A DNA stretch of 64,000 bases from a bacterium (GCA_965207065.1 OZ242260.1:96001-160000), one strand, 5' to 3'. Positions 51,002-61,921 are shown, counted from the first letter of the stretch. Notes: generated by a model not told the origin, from the letters alone. Translations and numbers: made by a program.

Positions 51002-51889
51002 ATGTTGAATCTGAGGCAACTCGAATACTTCTACTATGTGGCGAAACACGGTGGCTTCACCCGTGCGTCGAGGCGACTGCCCTTCTCCATCCAGCAGCCC
51101 GCCCTCAGCATCCGGGTGAAAGCGCTGGAAGAAGACCTAAAGGTGAAACTCTACCGGATCGTGGGCCGCAAGTTTCAGTTAACGCCGAGCGGAGAATACC
51201 TCTTCGACGCCATCAAACCTTTTTTCGAGTCCCTCGAGACGGTGGAGCGGCACCTGCGCGGGGAAACGCACGGGAGGCTCGTCATGGCCGAAGCGGCCCC
51301 CATGCTGATCCTGAAGGGTCACCGGGACGCGCTCCTCAAGTTTCGCGAACGCTACCCGAACGTCCAGATTTCCGTGCTGGAACGAAACTGGACAAACCTG
51401 CTCGAACACGTATCGGAGGGAGCGGTCGATTTCGCCTTCGGCTCGGCGCCCGAGGCGCGGGGAAATTTCTCCTTCGAAGAGTGGACGGAGACGGACTATC
51501 TACTCTTTTGTCCCGAGGGGCACGCAGCCCTGAAGGAGGAGGAGATCACTCTCGAAAAGATCGGGGCGCATTCGCTCATCCTGCTGGAACGCGGCACGGC
51601 GGATCGCCAGCACATCGAGCATACCTTCGATAAGCAGGGTTTATCCATCAACGTCGTTTTCGAAACGTCCTCCTACACCCTTATCAACGAAGCCGTTCTG
51701 AACGGGGCGGGCATCGCGGTCGTCAACGCGCTCTGGCCCCGGCCCGAAACTACAACTGGATGGCGAACCGCCAACATATCCCATCTTTTCGGGAAAAAAC
51801 GCATCGGCCTGTTCCGGCGAAACGACGTCTACCTCCCTCCCTACGCCAATGATTACCTCTCCATGCTGAGAGAAACCCTGATGACGTAA
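51002..51889 (+). CDS. LysR family transcriptional regulator
   Basis: LRQLEYFYYVAKHGGFTRAS...QPALS..VKALEEDL; divergent from the CoA-transferase operon. Confidence 0.9.
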   Translation: MLNLRQLEYFYYVAKHGGFTRASRRLPFSIQQPALSIRVKALEEDLKVKLYRIVGRKFQLTPSGEYLFDAIKPFFESLETVERHLRGETHGRLVMAEAAPMLILKGHRDALLKFRERYPNVQISVLERNWTNLLEHVSEGAVDFAFGSAPEARGNFSFEEWTETDYLLFCPEGHAALKEEEITLEKIGAHSLILLERGTADRQHIEHTFDKQGLSINVVFETSSYTLINEAVLNGAGIAVVNALWPRPETTTGWRTANISHLFGKKRIGLFRRNDVYLPPYANDYLSMLRETLMT

Positions 51890-51951
51890 CAAATACAATG
51901 CGCCCTCCCTGCGCTTTTGACGCCCCCCTCCCCATTTGACATCATACGCGT

Positions 51952-53280
51952 ATGAACGCTCACGATCTGAAAAGCTGGCTCGCTCGCCTCGATGAACGAG
52001 GATCGCTCAAGCGCGTATCCCGCAGCGTTTCCCTTCGTCATGAACTCGCCGCCTTGTCGCAAAAAGCAGATGGCCATACCGCACTCTTATTCGAGCGAAC
52101 CGACGGCGCGCCGATGCCCGTCGTCGCCAACATCGCCTGCAAAAGAGAATGGTACGCCGACGCCATGGGGGTGGCGCCCGGAGAATTGCTCACCGAGGTT
52201 CAGCGTAGACAGGAAATCAAGATAAAACCGAACGTAGTCGCCGATGCGCCGTTTCTCCACACAGTCATCACCAAAGATATCGACGTTCAGAAAATTCTCC
52301 CCCTCCCCACCTACCATGAGCTGGACGGCGGCCCCTACATTTCCGCCGGCGTCTTCATCGCCCAGGACCTCGATTCCGGCGCGGGCAACGTATCGATTCA
52401 CAGGATGCACGCCTTAGAATCCGACCTGTTCGGCCTGCTCGTCCTGCCGCGCCATCTGAAGGGGATGATCAGACGCGCCGGGGAGCGCGGAGAAGCTCTA
52501 AAGGCGGCCGTCTGCGTCGGTCTCGACCCCTTGCTCCTGATGGCGAGCCAGCTCGTGCTCGCGCCCGGGGAGGACGAACTGGAAGCGGCAGGCGGTCTCA
52601 AGGGCCGCGCCGTGGACGTAGCCCCCGCCCCCTGGTCGGGCATTCCCGCGCCCGCAGGCGCTGAAATCGTGATCGAGGGGGAAATTCCGCCGGACGAGCG
52701 CAGGCGCGAGGGTCCTTTCGGGGAGTTTCCACGCTACTACAGCCCGGCGGGAGAGCGCGAGGTGTTCCGGGTAAAATCCATCGCCATGCGCGAGGAGCCC
52801 GTTTTCTATTCCATCGTGGCGGCGGGCTACGATCATTTACTGATGGGCGCCGTGCCGAGAGAGGCTGGACTCCTGCGAGACCTCCAGAAAGCCGTACCGG
52901 CCGTTACGGACGTCGTGCTCCCTCTCTCCGGCGCAGGCCGGTTTCACTGCGTCGTCCAGATACGGAAAACCAACGAGGGGGAAGCGAAAAGCGCGCTCAT
53001 GGCGGCGCTCGCCGCGCACTACGACGTCAAGCACGCCATATGCGTGGATCACGACATCGACATCCACAACCCGGCGCAGGTCGACTGGGCGCTGGCCACG
53101 CGTTTTCAGGCGGATAAGGATTTGTTCGTCGTTCCCGGCGCGTGGGGCAGCCGTCTCGACCCATCGGCGCAGGACGGCGTGACGACGAAGATGGGCCTGG
53201 ACGCCACGGCTCCGCTGGGCGGGTTGGACGGCCACTTCCGTTCTCTAAAGATTCCGGGAGCCGAAGACGCGGGATTCTAG
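51952..53280 (+). CDS. UbiD family (prFMN) decarboxylase
   Basis: DGGPYIS, AEIVIEG, EGPFGEF, VDHDIDI, LDPS, KMGLDAT. Confidence 0.9.
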   Translation: MNAHDLKSWLARLDERGSLKRVSRSVSLRHELAALSQKADGHTALLFERTDGAPMPVVANIACKREWYADAMGVAPGELLTEVQRRQEIKIKPNVVADAPFLHTVITKDIDVQKILPLPTYHELDGGPYISAGVFIAQDLDSGAGNVSIHRMHALESDLFGLLVLPRHLKGMIRRAGERGEALKAAVCVGLDPLLLMASQLVLAPGEDELEAAGGLKGRAVDVAPAPWSGIPAPAGAEIVIEGEIPPDERRREGPFGEFPRYYSPAGEREVFRVKSIAMREEPVFYSIVAAGYDHLLMGAVPREAGLLRDLQKAVPAVTDVVLPLSGAGRFHCVVQIRKTNEGEAKSALMAALAAHYDVKHAICVDHDIDIHNPAQVDWALATRFQADKDLFVVPGAWGSRLDPSAQDGVTTKMGLDATAPLGGLDGHFRSLKIPGAEDAGF

Positions 53281-53396
53281 GCGGTCACATTAACTCCTGC
53301 CTATACACACCTACTTATTTTCCAAGAAATGAACCTTCCGTGAGTTGCGCACAAAATACGGCGCGAATTCAGGAATGAACGAGAGAGATTTTTACC

Positions 53397-54359
53397 CTAA
53401 TCCAGATTCAGGTGCGGCAGCACTTCACGGGTGAAGCGATCGAGCTGGCTCATCTGATCCCGGTGGGTGAAGCGCAGGGAAATGTGTTCCGCCCCCGCAT
53501 CGATGAAGGCGTTGATGCGCTCAATCAAGTCTTTGGCGGGGCCGTATGTGCCCCATTTCTCGATGGAATCGCCCCAGAACGGGGTGTAGTAGTAATCGAG
53601 CAGGAACGCCTCGCCATTTTTCATGGCCGATTCTTTGTCGTCGTCGATACAGGTGGTCATGTACCACGCGGGTGTGCCCGGGTCGCGTCCGCTCTCCTCC
53701 GCGAGACCGACGATCTTCCCCCAGGTATCGCCAAACTCCTCGGGCGTCACGCGGTTCGGGAACCATCCATCCCCATACTTCGCCACCCGCTGCCATGCGG
53801 TGTCCACTGTGGCTGAGGCGATCCACATGGGCACGGTTTTCTGGATGGGCCTGTGCGCCAGCGTCACGTTTTCCACCTGGTAATACCTGCCCTCGAAGGT
53901 TACGTTCTCCTCCGTCCAGAGCCTCCGCATGAGCGTCATGTGCTCCTGCATGTAGAACATGCGCTTTCGGAACGGAACGCCCAGGGTCTCGAACTCATGG
54001 ACGCATTCCTGGGGCTTCGGCGGGCCGATGCCGACGCCCAAAATGACGCGGCCGCCTGATATGACGTCGAGCGTCGCAACCTGGTAGGCGAGGAATACGG
54101 GGTCCCTGAGACAGGGCAGAAAGACGGCGGTGCCGAGTTTTACGCGCTCGGTTCTCACCGCCACGGCGGAAAGCACGCTGAGCGCCTCGAGCCTTGGCTT
54201 GGCGAGCACCGAATCGCCCACGAACACCGAATCATAGCCGAGTTCTTCCGCGCGCACCGCCAGGTCGATGATGGGGCCGACCTCCGGGGCGCCGTCGTTC
54301 CAGAGCAGCACGCCGCGCGTGGGAAGCAACACGCCGAGTTTTACTTTTCTATCCGCCAT
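53397..54359 (-). CDS. LLM-class oxidoreductase
   Basis: GVLLPTR, GYDSVFVGDSVLAKPRLE, KLGTAV, LDVISGGR. Confidence 0.9.
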   Translation of the reverse strand: MADRKVKLGVLLPTRGVLLWNDGAPEVGPIIDLAVRAEELGYDSVFVGDSVLAKPRLEALSVLSAVAVRTERVKLGTAVFLPCLRDPVFLAYQVATLDVISGGRVILGVGIGPPKPQECVHEFETLGVPFRKRMFYMQEHMTLMRRLWTEENVTFEGRYYQVENVTLAHRPIQKTVPMWIASATVDTAWQRVAKYGDGWFPNRVTPEEFGDTWGKIVGLAEESGRDPGTPAWYMTTCIDDDKESAMKNGEAFLLDYYYTPFWGDSIEKWGTYGPAKDLIERINAFIDAGAEHISLRFTHRDQMSQLDRFTREVLPHLNLD

Positions 54360-54366
54360 TTTTTGC

Positions 54367-55749
54367 CTAAAGGTGAATGCCCGCGCTCGCGAGGATTCCG
54401 CGCACGCGCTCTCGCTGCGCGTCGGGAATATGGAGCCGTTCCGCGAAGTCGCGGCCAGCGGGCTTGGTGGCGTCGATGCCCACCTTCGTGAGGGTATGAG
54501 TCTCGGGGTCCGAAGTCGGGTCCAGAATGGCGCCCATCGCACCGTGGATGAAGTTGATGTCCTTATCCGCGCGCGTCCTCGTGATGACCGCCCAGGCGAC
54601 GTCCGAGAGATTGAAGATGTCTACGTCCTCATCGACCACGACTACGCACTTGCAATAGAACTCGGTTCCCAGCGCCGCCATGATGGCCTGCTGGGGCTGG
54701 CCCTCGGCCGTCTTGTTCATCTGCACGATGGCGAGCAATGCGCCCGCCGTGTTCGAGGGAACATGCACGGCGGAGACGCCGGGCAGGTTGCGCCTGAGCG
54801 TGTTCAGGATTTCCGCTTCGCGGCTCACACAGGAGATGAGGATATGATCCGCCGACATGCCAGAGGCCACGCTGTGGAGCATGGCGTCGCCCCGCATCTG
54901 CACGCGCTTGACGACGAATACGTTCTGCGTGCTGCGGTAGGACGCATAGCCGGTGAACTCGCCGAAGGGGCCTTCCGGTTCACGCACCTCGGCCAGAATC
55001 TCACCTTCGAGTACTATTTCCGCGCCCTCGGGGGCTTCGAGGTCCGCCGTGCCGCATCTGGCGACGCGATAAGGTTCGCCGAACAATGCGCCGATGATCT
55101 CGTACTTCCGCACCCCCGGAGGGTAGTGATAGGCCATCGAACCCATGTAGTGCACCGGGTGGATGCCGATGACGACCGCCGCCGGCAAGGCCTCGCCTGC
55201 GTCTTCGGCTTTTTTATGGAAATGGTACATCCGCCGCCTAGAGTGCAGGGAGACGCCCAGCCTGTTTTTCCCCTTGAGCTGCAAACGGTGAAAGCCGGTG
55301 GTGTCCACGCCAGTCTCGGGATCTCGCGCCACGATCTGGCCCGCCGTGATGTAGGGAGCCGCATCCACGGGAAAATGAAATGGGATAGGCAGTTCGTTCA
55401 GGTCTACGTCGTCTTCTTCGATTACGACTTCACGCCAAGGGGCGTCCTCCACCACCTCCACGGGGAGGTAATTCTGGCAGCGATCCTTATACGCCGTCGG
55501 CAAGTCGCCCGGCTCCACGTCGAGACACGCCGCGAGCAGATTCCGGTTGCCCGCGATGTTGGTCACGACCGAACCCTCAAAACCCTCCACGCGCTCGAAG
55601 ATGATGACGGGGTATCTACCCGCGCGCTCGAACTCGAACACCGTGGGCGTGATGTCCTCCCTGCCGACGGGCTCCTTGATGCGCACGAGTTCTTCGGGGT
55701 GGTCTTTCTCCACCATCTCCAGGAAACCGCGCAGGCTTTGATCGACCAT
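54367..55749 (-). CDS. UbiD family (prFMN) decarboxylase
   Basis: DAAPYITAG, AEIVLEG, EGPFGEFTGY, VDEDVDI, LDPT, KVGIDAT. Confidence 0.9.
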   Translation of the reverse strand: MVDQSLRGFLEMVEKDHPEELVRIKEPVGREDITPTVFEFERAGRYPVIIFERVEGFEGSVVTNIAGNRNLLAACLDVEPGDLPTAYKDRCQNYLPVEVVEDAPWREVVIEEDDVDLNELPIPFHFPVDAAPYITAGQIVARDPETGVDTTGFHRLQLKGKNRLGVSLHSRRRMYHFHKKAEDAGEALPAAVVIGIHPVHYMGSMAYHYPPGVRKYEIIGALFGEPYRVARCGTADLEAPEGAEIVLEGEILAEVREPEGPFGEFTGYASYRSTQNVFVVKRVQMRGDAMLHSVASGMSADHILISCVSREAEILNTLRRNLPGVSAVHVPSNTAGALLAIVQMNKTAEGQPQQAIMAALGTEFYCKCVVVVDEDVDIFNLSDVAWAVITRTRADKDINFIHGAMGAILDPTSDPETHTLTKVGIDATKPAGRDFAERLHIPDAQRERVRGILASAGIHL

Positions 55750-55759
55750 ATCGCGCGCC

Positions 55760-56551
55760 TTATTTGGCCCAGGAGCCGCGATCCGTATAGGGATTCTCAA
55801 TCGGCGGCAGGGGAGGAGCGCCGTCGCGTGGCGGCTCCTCGTCCCAGAACTCGACCGCGATGACGCGCGCGGGGGCGCCCTCGGTGTCCTTGAGTTTCAC
55901 CGCGCCAGTCACGAGCAGGACGCGCTCTTTCTGGATGGCGCCCATGTTCGTGCACCACTCGATGAGGCATATCCCGCGCTCCAGGAACTTGATGTGGTTG
56001 GGGCTCCAGTTCGGTGCGGGCCACTTGCGCTCCTCGGGGGGATAAAGCGGCGAGTCGCACGTCATGAAATCCTGGACGAGCGCCTTAATTCCCTTGTCGA
56101 TGAGCCAATCGGCCGCGTCGGTCGAGAGATAGACCATGTTCTCCCAGAAATCGCGCGAGCCCCACATGCGGTCGGTCCATTCGGTGCTGACGATGGCGAT
56201 ATCGCCGGGGCGCACCTCGACGCCAGTGGCTTCGAGGTCTTCCGCCGTCACGGACTCGGAGTTGCCCTTCCCCGGCACCTTGAGCACGCAGGCGTCGCCG
56301 CATACGTGATCGAGCGGCAACTCGTCGTTCTTCAGACCGTCGTGAAAGAAGTGATAGGGCGCGTCGTAGTGCGTGTAGCTCTGCGTGGTGGTGGTGAAAC
56401 CGAAGTTGCAGATGTGGTCCACGTCCAGCGTTGCGATGGGGGTGATGGTCGTGCCCGGAGCCGGCTTGTCGTAAATCTCATCGCGCGGAAACTGAACGTA
56501 GGTGTCCTCCGGGTCAACGGTGAGCGAGAGATCGACGAAGCGGTACGGCAT
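55760..56551 (-). CDS. Cyclase family (kynurenine formamidase-like) protein
   Basis: FVDLS, SYTHYDAPYHF, GAPARVIA. Confidence 0.85.
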   Translation of the reverse strand: MPYRFVDLSLTVDPEDTYVQFPRDEIYDKPAPGTTITPIATLDVDHICNFGFTTTTQSYTHYDAPYHFFHDGLKNDELPLDHVCGDACVLKVPGKGNSESVTAEDLEATGVEVRPGDIAIVSTEWTDRMWGSRDFWENMVYLSTDAADWLIDKGIKALVQDFMTCDSPLYPPEERKWPAPNWSPNHIKFLERGICLIEWCTNMGAIQKERVLLVTGAVKLKDTEGAPARVIAVEFWDEEPPRDGAPPLPPIENPYTDRGSWAK

Positions 56552-56709
56552 GGCTTTCCCCCTGTAGGAGCAAACAAATTCTGAAATGGAAGGCTCCCGC
56601 CGCCCATCATAGACGGACGGCGGGAGTAAATCCTTCATCAACCAGTTTCGGTTCTATTTCTTGCTTGTTACTTCAGGCGGCGGAACTCTCCCCGCCCCTG
56701 GATGCTTAA

Positions 56710-57684
56710 CTAATTCCAGCCCTTCTCCTTGCAGTAGCGGGCCGCGCCATCGTGGAACGGTATGCCCATCTGCGCTTCCTTGCAGCCCGTCTTGGCCGGG
56801 TCGAAGCCCCTGAGTCCCTTATGCCCCGCCCGCAGATCCTTCACGTTGTCGAGCAGCGCCTTCACGATATTGTACGCATCTTTGTTGCTAAGCGCCGTGG
56901 AGGCGAGGACCGCCGTGGTGAAGCCGAACGTGTTCTTGGGCTTCTTCTGCCCCGGGAAGGTGTTGGCCGGCATGGTGGCTTTCAGGAAGCCAATCCCCAA
57001 GAGCTTGTTGCGGTACTCATCGGCTATTCCTAAGAATTTCAGCTTTTTCTGAACAGCGATTGATGTGAGCGCAGGGTGGCCCGCGTTCACGGTGTGGCTC
57101 AGCATGTCGGCCTGACCGTCCTTCATCCGGCTCTTAATGGCGCCGAAGCCGGTGTGCGTGGCCGAACCGCCCATTTTCTTGATGCCCTCATAGGTGATGC
57201 CGTGCGCACCGAGCATGGCACGCGTAGCCCACTGGCCCAGCCCTCCGCGCGGAACCGTCACGTAGTTCACGGGCACTTTCTTCAAGTCCAGGATGCCGTT
57301 CACCTTGGGGTTCGTGGTGACGATACCCAGGTAGTACTGGTCCAGGCCGCCAACAAGCCCGCGCAGGTTCTTGTAGGGCTTCTTGTAGGCCACCTTGCCC
57401 TGATACGCCCAGGCCGCCGCCACGCTGAAGGTGAGCCCCATGTTGAACTTGCCGGTGCCGACGAGCTTGGGGTTGCCCACGCCGCCGCCTTTGGAGAGGG
57501 CGTCGATCTGAACGCCCACTTTCGCGTTGTTCACGATGTTCGCCATGGTGGCCGAGTACACGTGCCAGCCGCTGCCTTTTTTCCAGCTGCCCATCGTGAG
57601 GCGGGCCGCCTCGGCCTGAACAGCCACGAATGCGCCGATGGCTACCGCAAGAACGAAAACCATTTTCCAGGATGTGCGCTTCAT
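56710..57684 (-). CDS. TAXI family TRAP transporter solute-binding protein
   Basis: Signal peptide, KGGGVGN, PANTFPGQ, IPFHDGAARY. Confidence 0.85.
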   Translation of the reverse strand: MKRTSWKMVFVLAVAIGAFVAVQAEAARLTMGSWKKGSGWHVYSATMANIVNNAKVGVQIDALSKGGGVGNPKLVGTGKFNMGLTFSVAAAWAYQGKVAYKKPYKNLRGLVGGLDQYYLGIVTTNPKVNGILDLKKVPVNYVTVPRGGLGQWATRAMLGAHGITYEGIKKMGGSATHTGFGAIKSRMKDGQADMLSHTVNAGHPALTSIAVQKKLKFLGIADEYRNKLLGIGFLKATMPANTFPGQKKPKNTFGFTTAVLASTALSNKDAYNIVKALLDNVKDLRAGHKGLRGFDPAKTGCKEAQMGIPFHDGAARYCKEKGWN

Positions 57685-57739
57685 TTTGAAAACTCCTCTG
57701 TTGGAAATGCCACGAATAGTTCCATCTGTATTGCGTTGT

Positions 57740-59614
57740 TCACGATGAAGCCGGATCCGCCGAAGTCATGTCGAGTGCGTTTTTCTTCGCGCGCGCCAGA
57801 TGGCGCCAGAAAACAATGACCAGCAAAACGGAGCCGATGACGTCCGTCAACTTCTCGGGAACGATCAGACCCAAGCAACAGATAAAGAAAACCGCCCTCT
57901 CCCAAGCCGCCAGGGGGATCGATATGTGCCCGGTGATCGCCGCCGCCAGGGCCGCCACACCGATAATGCAGGTGAGCGACACCCAGAGCGTCTCGCCGAG
58001 CGGGCCGATGAAAAGCATGGATGGATTATATACGAACACAAAGGGAATGAGAAATCCCGCCAAAGAGAGCTGAAACGCCTTCCAGCCCGTGGCGGTCAAG
58101 TCCGAGTCGGCCACGCCCGATGCGACATAGGCCGACAGCGCCACAGGCGGCGTGAGCATCGAGAGGATGGCGAAATAGTAGATGAACATGTGCGCCGCCA
58201 GAACGGGGAGGCCGAGCTTGAAGAGCGCAGGCCCCAGAAGCGTGCCCGCCATGATGTAGGCGGCGGCCGTCGGCATTCCCATGCCCATGATGACGCAGCC
58301 GATGAGCGTCAGTCCCAGCGCGGGCAGGATCATTCCGCTCGAAATGTTGACGATGAGGCCCGAGAACTTGAGACCGATGCCCGTATCGTCCACCACTCCG
58401 ACCACAACGCCGGCGATGGCGCAGGGAACCGCGACGGGGACCGTCATGCGACCGGCCTTCTCGAGCGCCTCGATTATTTTCTCAGGTCCCATGCGGGTCG
58501 ACTTGCGCACCCAACTGAGCACCACCACGCCGATGGCCGCCGAAGTGGCCGACCACATCAAAGTGAAACCGGCGATCATGTAGCCCAGGAGCAGGATGAT
58601 CGGGAATAGCAGAAGACCGCGCTCCAAGAGGATGCTCTTGAGCTCCGGCATCTCGTCTTTGCTCAGACCCTTCAAGTTCAGCTTCTTCGCCTCCAGATCC
58701 ACCATGAAGAAGAGCGACACGTAATAAATGATGGCCGGAATGGCCGCCGCGCCCGCCACCCTTAAGTAAGGGGTGCCCGTCATGTCCGCCAGGATGAAGG
58801 CACCCGCGCCCATAATCGGCGGCATGAGCTGCCCGCCCGTTGAGGCCACCGCTTCCACCGCGCCCGCGTAATGGGGGGCGAAGCCCAGGCGCTTCATAAG
58901 CGGGATGGTGAAGATACCGGTTCCAACGACGTTCGCCGTCGCGCTCCCGCTGATGGTTCCCATGAGGCTGCTGCTCACTATCGCCGCCTTGGCCGGACCG
59001 CCTCGGAATGCACCGGTGAGCCGGATGGCCAGATCGATGAACATGCGCCCACCGCCCGAGACCTCGAGCGCCGCCGAGAAGAGCACGAAATAGAACACGA
59101 CCTCCACGCTCACGCCCAGCGGAACACCCAGCAGGCCCTCGACACCCAGGATCTGGAACTCGATGAACTCGGTCAACAGGATGAAGCGGTGCCCCAGGGC
59201 GCCCGGAATCAGGTGGCCCAGGAAATTATAGACCAGCGCCACGACTGCCACCGAGGTGACGCCCCAGCCGAGATAGCGACGCGAAGCCTCGACGGTCAAG
59301 AGAATGTAGGCCAACCCCAAGTAGACATAGCGCGTGGGCACCTCATCCACGTCGCGGATGCGCTCGTTCAGGAAGTTCCACTCATACAAATACAGCAGCG
59401 CGATGACCATGGCGATAATAGTAAGAACATAATCGACGGGGCCGACGCGGCCTTCCTTGCGGAACGGTTTTGTGAGAAAGACGATGCCCAGCGCGAAGCT
59501 CAGATGGAGCGGCCTGGAGGTGAAGACGTGAAGCATCCCGAAAAAGGCCCAGTATAGCTGGATGACGGACCAGACGATGGCCAGCAGCGCAACCGGGTTC
59601 AAGAATCGCTTCAT
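57740..59614 (-). CDS. TRAP transporter fused (4TM/12TM) permease
   Basis: GGPAKAA..SS..MGTISGS..ANV, VEAVASTGGQLMPPIMGA, GMGMPT, TPPVAL. Confidence 0.92.
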   Translation of the reverse strand: MKRFLNPVALLAIVWSVIQLYWAFFGMLHVFTSRPLHLSFALGIVFLTKPFRKEGRVGPVDYVLTIIAMVIALLYLYEWNFLNERIRDVDEVPTRYVYLGLAYILLTVEASRRYLGWGVTSVAVVALVYNFLGHLIPGALGHRFILLTEFIEFQILGVEGLLGVPLGVSVEVVFYFVLFSAALEVSGGGRMFIDLAIRLTGAFRGGPAKAAIVSSSLMGTISGSATANVVGTGIFTIPLMKRLGFAPHYAGAVEAVASTGGQLMPPIMGAGAFILADMTGTPYLRVAGAAAIPAIIYYVSLFFMVDLEAKKLNLKGLSKDEMPELKSILLERGLLLFPIILLLGYMIAGFTLMWSATSAAIGVVVLSWVRKSTRMGPEKIIEALEKAGRMTVPVAVPCAIAGVVVGVVDDTGIGLKFSGLIVNISSGMILPALGLTLIGCVIMGMGMPTAAAYIMAGTLLGPALFKLGLPVLAAHMFIYYFAILSMLTPPVALSAYVASGVADSDLTATGWKAFQLSLAGFLIPFVFVYNPSMLFIGPLGETLWVSLTCIIGVAALAAAITGHISIPLAAWERAVFFICCLGLIVPEKLTDVIGSVLLVIVFWRHLARAKKNALDMTSADPASS

Positions 59615-59767
59615 GAAAAATCCATCCCCTTGGTGATGCGATTATTGCGGACAACCGCCAAACGCATCAAAAAGCGTCTCACATGAAAATTACAAGCGCA
59701 TTACGAGGGCATGGAAACCGATTCCCGCTTATCCGGCGATTTCATCCCCCGTCATGCGGTGCCTGAC

Positions 59768-60952
59768 TCACTCCGCCCAGGGGCGCGTGGTGGTCGTCGT
59801 GAGGAGTTCGCATCCATCATCCTCAACAAGCACCATCTGCTCGATGTTCGTGCCCCCCACCTCGGGTAGCACGAACTGCGGCTCCACGCAGAGCACCATG
59901 TTGCGCTCGAGAATCATCGCGTTATCGGGCCGGATGATGGGCGCCTCCACGGTTTCCAGGCCGATGCCGTGCCCCGCCATGGGAAAGAGATACTGCCCCG
60001 CCCCGTTCGCGTTGTCGTCCAGGAACCGGCTCGCCGCCTCATGAACGTCCGAGGCCTTTGCGCCCGCGCGAACCGCGCCCATCGACACCTCCGAGGTCGC
60101 GACCGTCAGCTCCAGCATCTCCTCCACGCTCTTATCGAGTTTCTTTCCCGGAACCACGGCGGTGCGGTTGACGTCGAACCCGTAGCCTTCCACCGCGCCC
60201 ACGTAGTCGAAGCGAATCAGGTCGCCCGCCTCGAGCTTCCTCTGCGTCGCCTGCGGCCAGCGCGAACCCCAACTCGCCCACGGGCCGCTGTGAACGCGGA
60301 CGTAGCGCACGAAATCGGCCCCCGCGCGCATACCCGCCGCGTGGCCCTCGGCGCAAAGATCGCTCTCGCTCACGCCGGGGCGAACCGCATCGAAAATGGC
60401 GGCGTAGCCCGCCTCGACGATTTCCGCCGCGCGCTTCAAGTAGGCGACCTCGGTTTCACTCTTCCTCGCGCGAAGCTGCTCCACCAGGGCGTTCGCGTTC
60501 GAGAATTGCGCATCGGGCAGCGCGGAGGTGAGGTCGATGTACATCGTCGCCGGCATGATGTCCTCTCCGGCGATCCCCACCCGAGCGCCCTCGGCTCCCA
60601 GGCGCCCCAGTTGATTCACCAGGCCCGCGGAGATGTTCGCCTCCACCTGGACGTTTTCGACGTGCACCATCTCTGCGCGATAGTTTCTGTGATCCACGAA
60701 GAGCAGCGGCTCATCCTCAATAGGCAGGACGAGCACGCCGTGGCCCATGCCGCGAACCGTATCGCTGAACGCTCCCGGCGGAAACGGCGGAAAATGGTTG
60801 GTGAGGTAGGTCAGGCTCCCCATTCGGTCGTAAAAAGAGCGTCCGATGACGAGGAGAACGTCGAGTCCCGCCTCGCGCATAAGGCCACGCGCATCCGCTA
60901 TCCTCCCCTTAATCTCTTCTTTGGAGGCTCCCGTTCCGTTCTCCAGGACCAT
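59768..60952 (-). CDS. M24 (Xaa-Pro peptidase/creatinase) family protein
   Basis: RARKS..E, D...GYGFD..RT, GHGIGL, CVEP, IEQMVLV. Confidence 0.88.
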   Translation of the reverse strand: MVLENGTGASKEEIKGRIADARGLMREAGLDVLLVIGRSFYDRMGSLTYLTNHFPPFPPGAFSDTVRGMGHGVLVLPIEDEPLLFVDHRNYRAEMVHVENVQVEANISAGLVNQLGRLGAEGARVGIAGEDIMPATMYIDLTSALPDAQFSNANALVEQLRARKSETEVAYLKRAAEIVEAGYAAIFDAVRPGVSESDLCAEGHAAGMRAGADFVRYVRVHSGPWASWGSRWPQATQRKLEAGDLIRFDYVGAVEGYGFDVNRTAVVPGKKLDKSVEEMLELTVATSEVSMGAVRAGAKASDVHEAASRFLDDNANGAGQYLFPMAGHGIGLETVEAPIIRPDNAMILERNMVLCVEPQFVLPEVGGTNIEQMVLVEDDGCELLTTTTTRPWAE

Positions 60953-61921
60953 CTACTTGAACCTCGGCAAGAGTTCGGAGACGAAATTCTCCAGTTGCTC
61001 TTCCTGGACGCCGCCCGCGAAGCGAACGACGAAGACGCGCGCTCCCTCCGCGGCATACGATCTGAGATCTTCCTCCACGCGGTCCCCATCTCCGGCAAGA
61101 ACGAGGAGCTGCTTGCGCACTTCATCGAAGCTCTTGTGGTAGTACTTGGAGAGAAATTCACCGCATTGGGCTTCCGCCTTCGCTCCGTCGGGATTGATGT
61201 TCATCGTCACGTAGAGGCACTGGGGAATCTTCTCGACTTCTTCGGTTCTGCCGAACTCATCGGAATACGAGAGTATCTTCTCCCAGCACTGGCGGTAGAG
61301 GTCCGCCGTGATGGAGTTCGTGATCCAGCCGTCGGCAAAGCGCGCCACACGCTTCAGGCCCGAATCCACCAGATTGCTCGAAAGCCAGACAGGGGGGCCG
61401 CCGGGGGTTTTGGGCCTCGGCTCGAGCGCCACGCCCTCGAAGGAGAAATGCTTGCCCGCATAGTTCGCCTGTGATTCGCGCATGAGGAGCTTGAGTATCT
61501 CCACGGTCTCGGAAAACCGGCGCGCGCGCTCGTTGATCGGCACACCGATGGTCTCGAACTCGAACTTCAAGTCCGTTCGCCCCACGCCCAGACCGGGAAG
61601 GACGCGACCGGGGAACATGCAGTCGAGCGTGCTCATCGACTGGGCGAGCATGACCGGATGCCTGAGCGCCGCGAGCATCACCGCCGTGCCCACCTGAACG
61701 CGCTCGGTCGAGGCGAGAACCGCCGCCCAGGTGGTGAAACTCTCCATGCGCGGTTTGGCCAGTACGCTGTCGCCGAGCCAGACGGAATCGAGGCCGAGGT
61801 TCTCGGCCCTTTTTGCCAGTGAAAAAATGGGGTCAGTGTCCGGCGCCTCGCCCGCCGCCGCCACGACGACTCCGCGCGTGGGCAGCAGATAACCGAAATG
61901 AAAGTTTTCAGTGTCATCCAT
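60953..61921 (-). CDS. LLM-class oxidoreductase
   Basis: GYLLPTR, DSVWLGDSVLAKPRME, ADGW; paralog of 53397-54359. Confidence 0.9.
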   Translation of the reverse strand: MDDTENFHFGYLLPTRGVVVAAAGEAPDTDPIFSLAKRAENLGLDSVWLGDSVLAKPRMESFTTWAAVLASTERVQVGTAVMLAALRHPVMLAQSMSTLDCMFPGRVLPGLGVGRTDLKFEFETIGVPINERARRFSETVEILKLLMRESQANYAGKHFSFEGVALEPRPKTPGGPPVWLSSNLVDSGLKRVARFADGWITNSITADLYRQCWEKILSYSDEFGRTEEVEKIPQCLYVTMNINPDGAKAEAQCGEFLSKYYHKSFDEVRKQLLVLAGDGDRVEEDLRSYAAEGARVFVVRFAGGVQEEQLENFVSELLPRFK

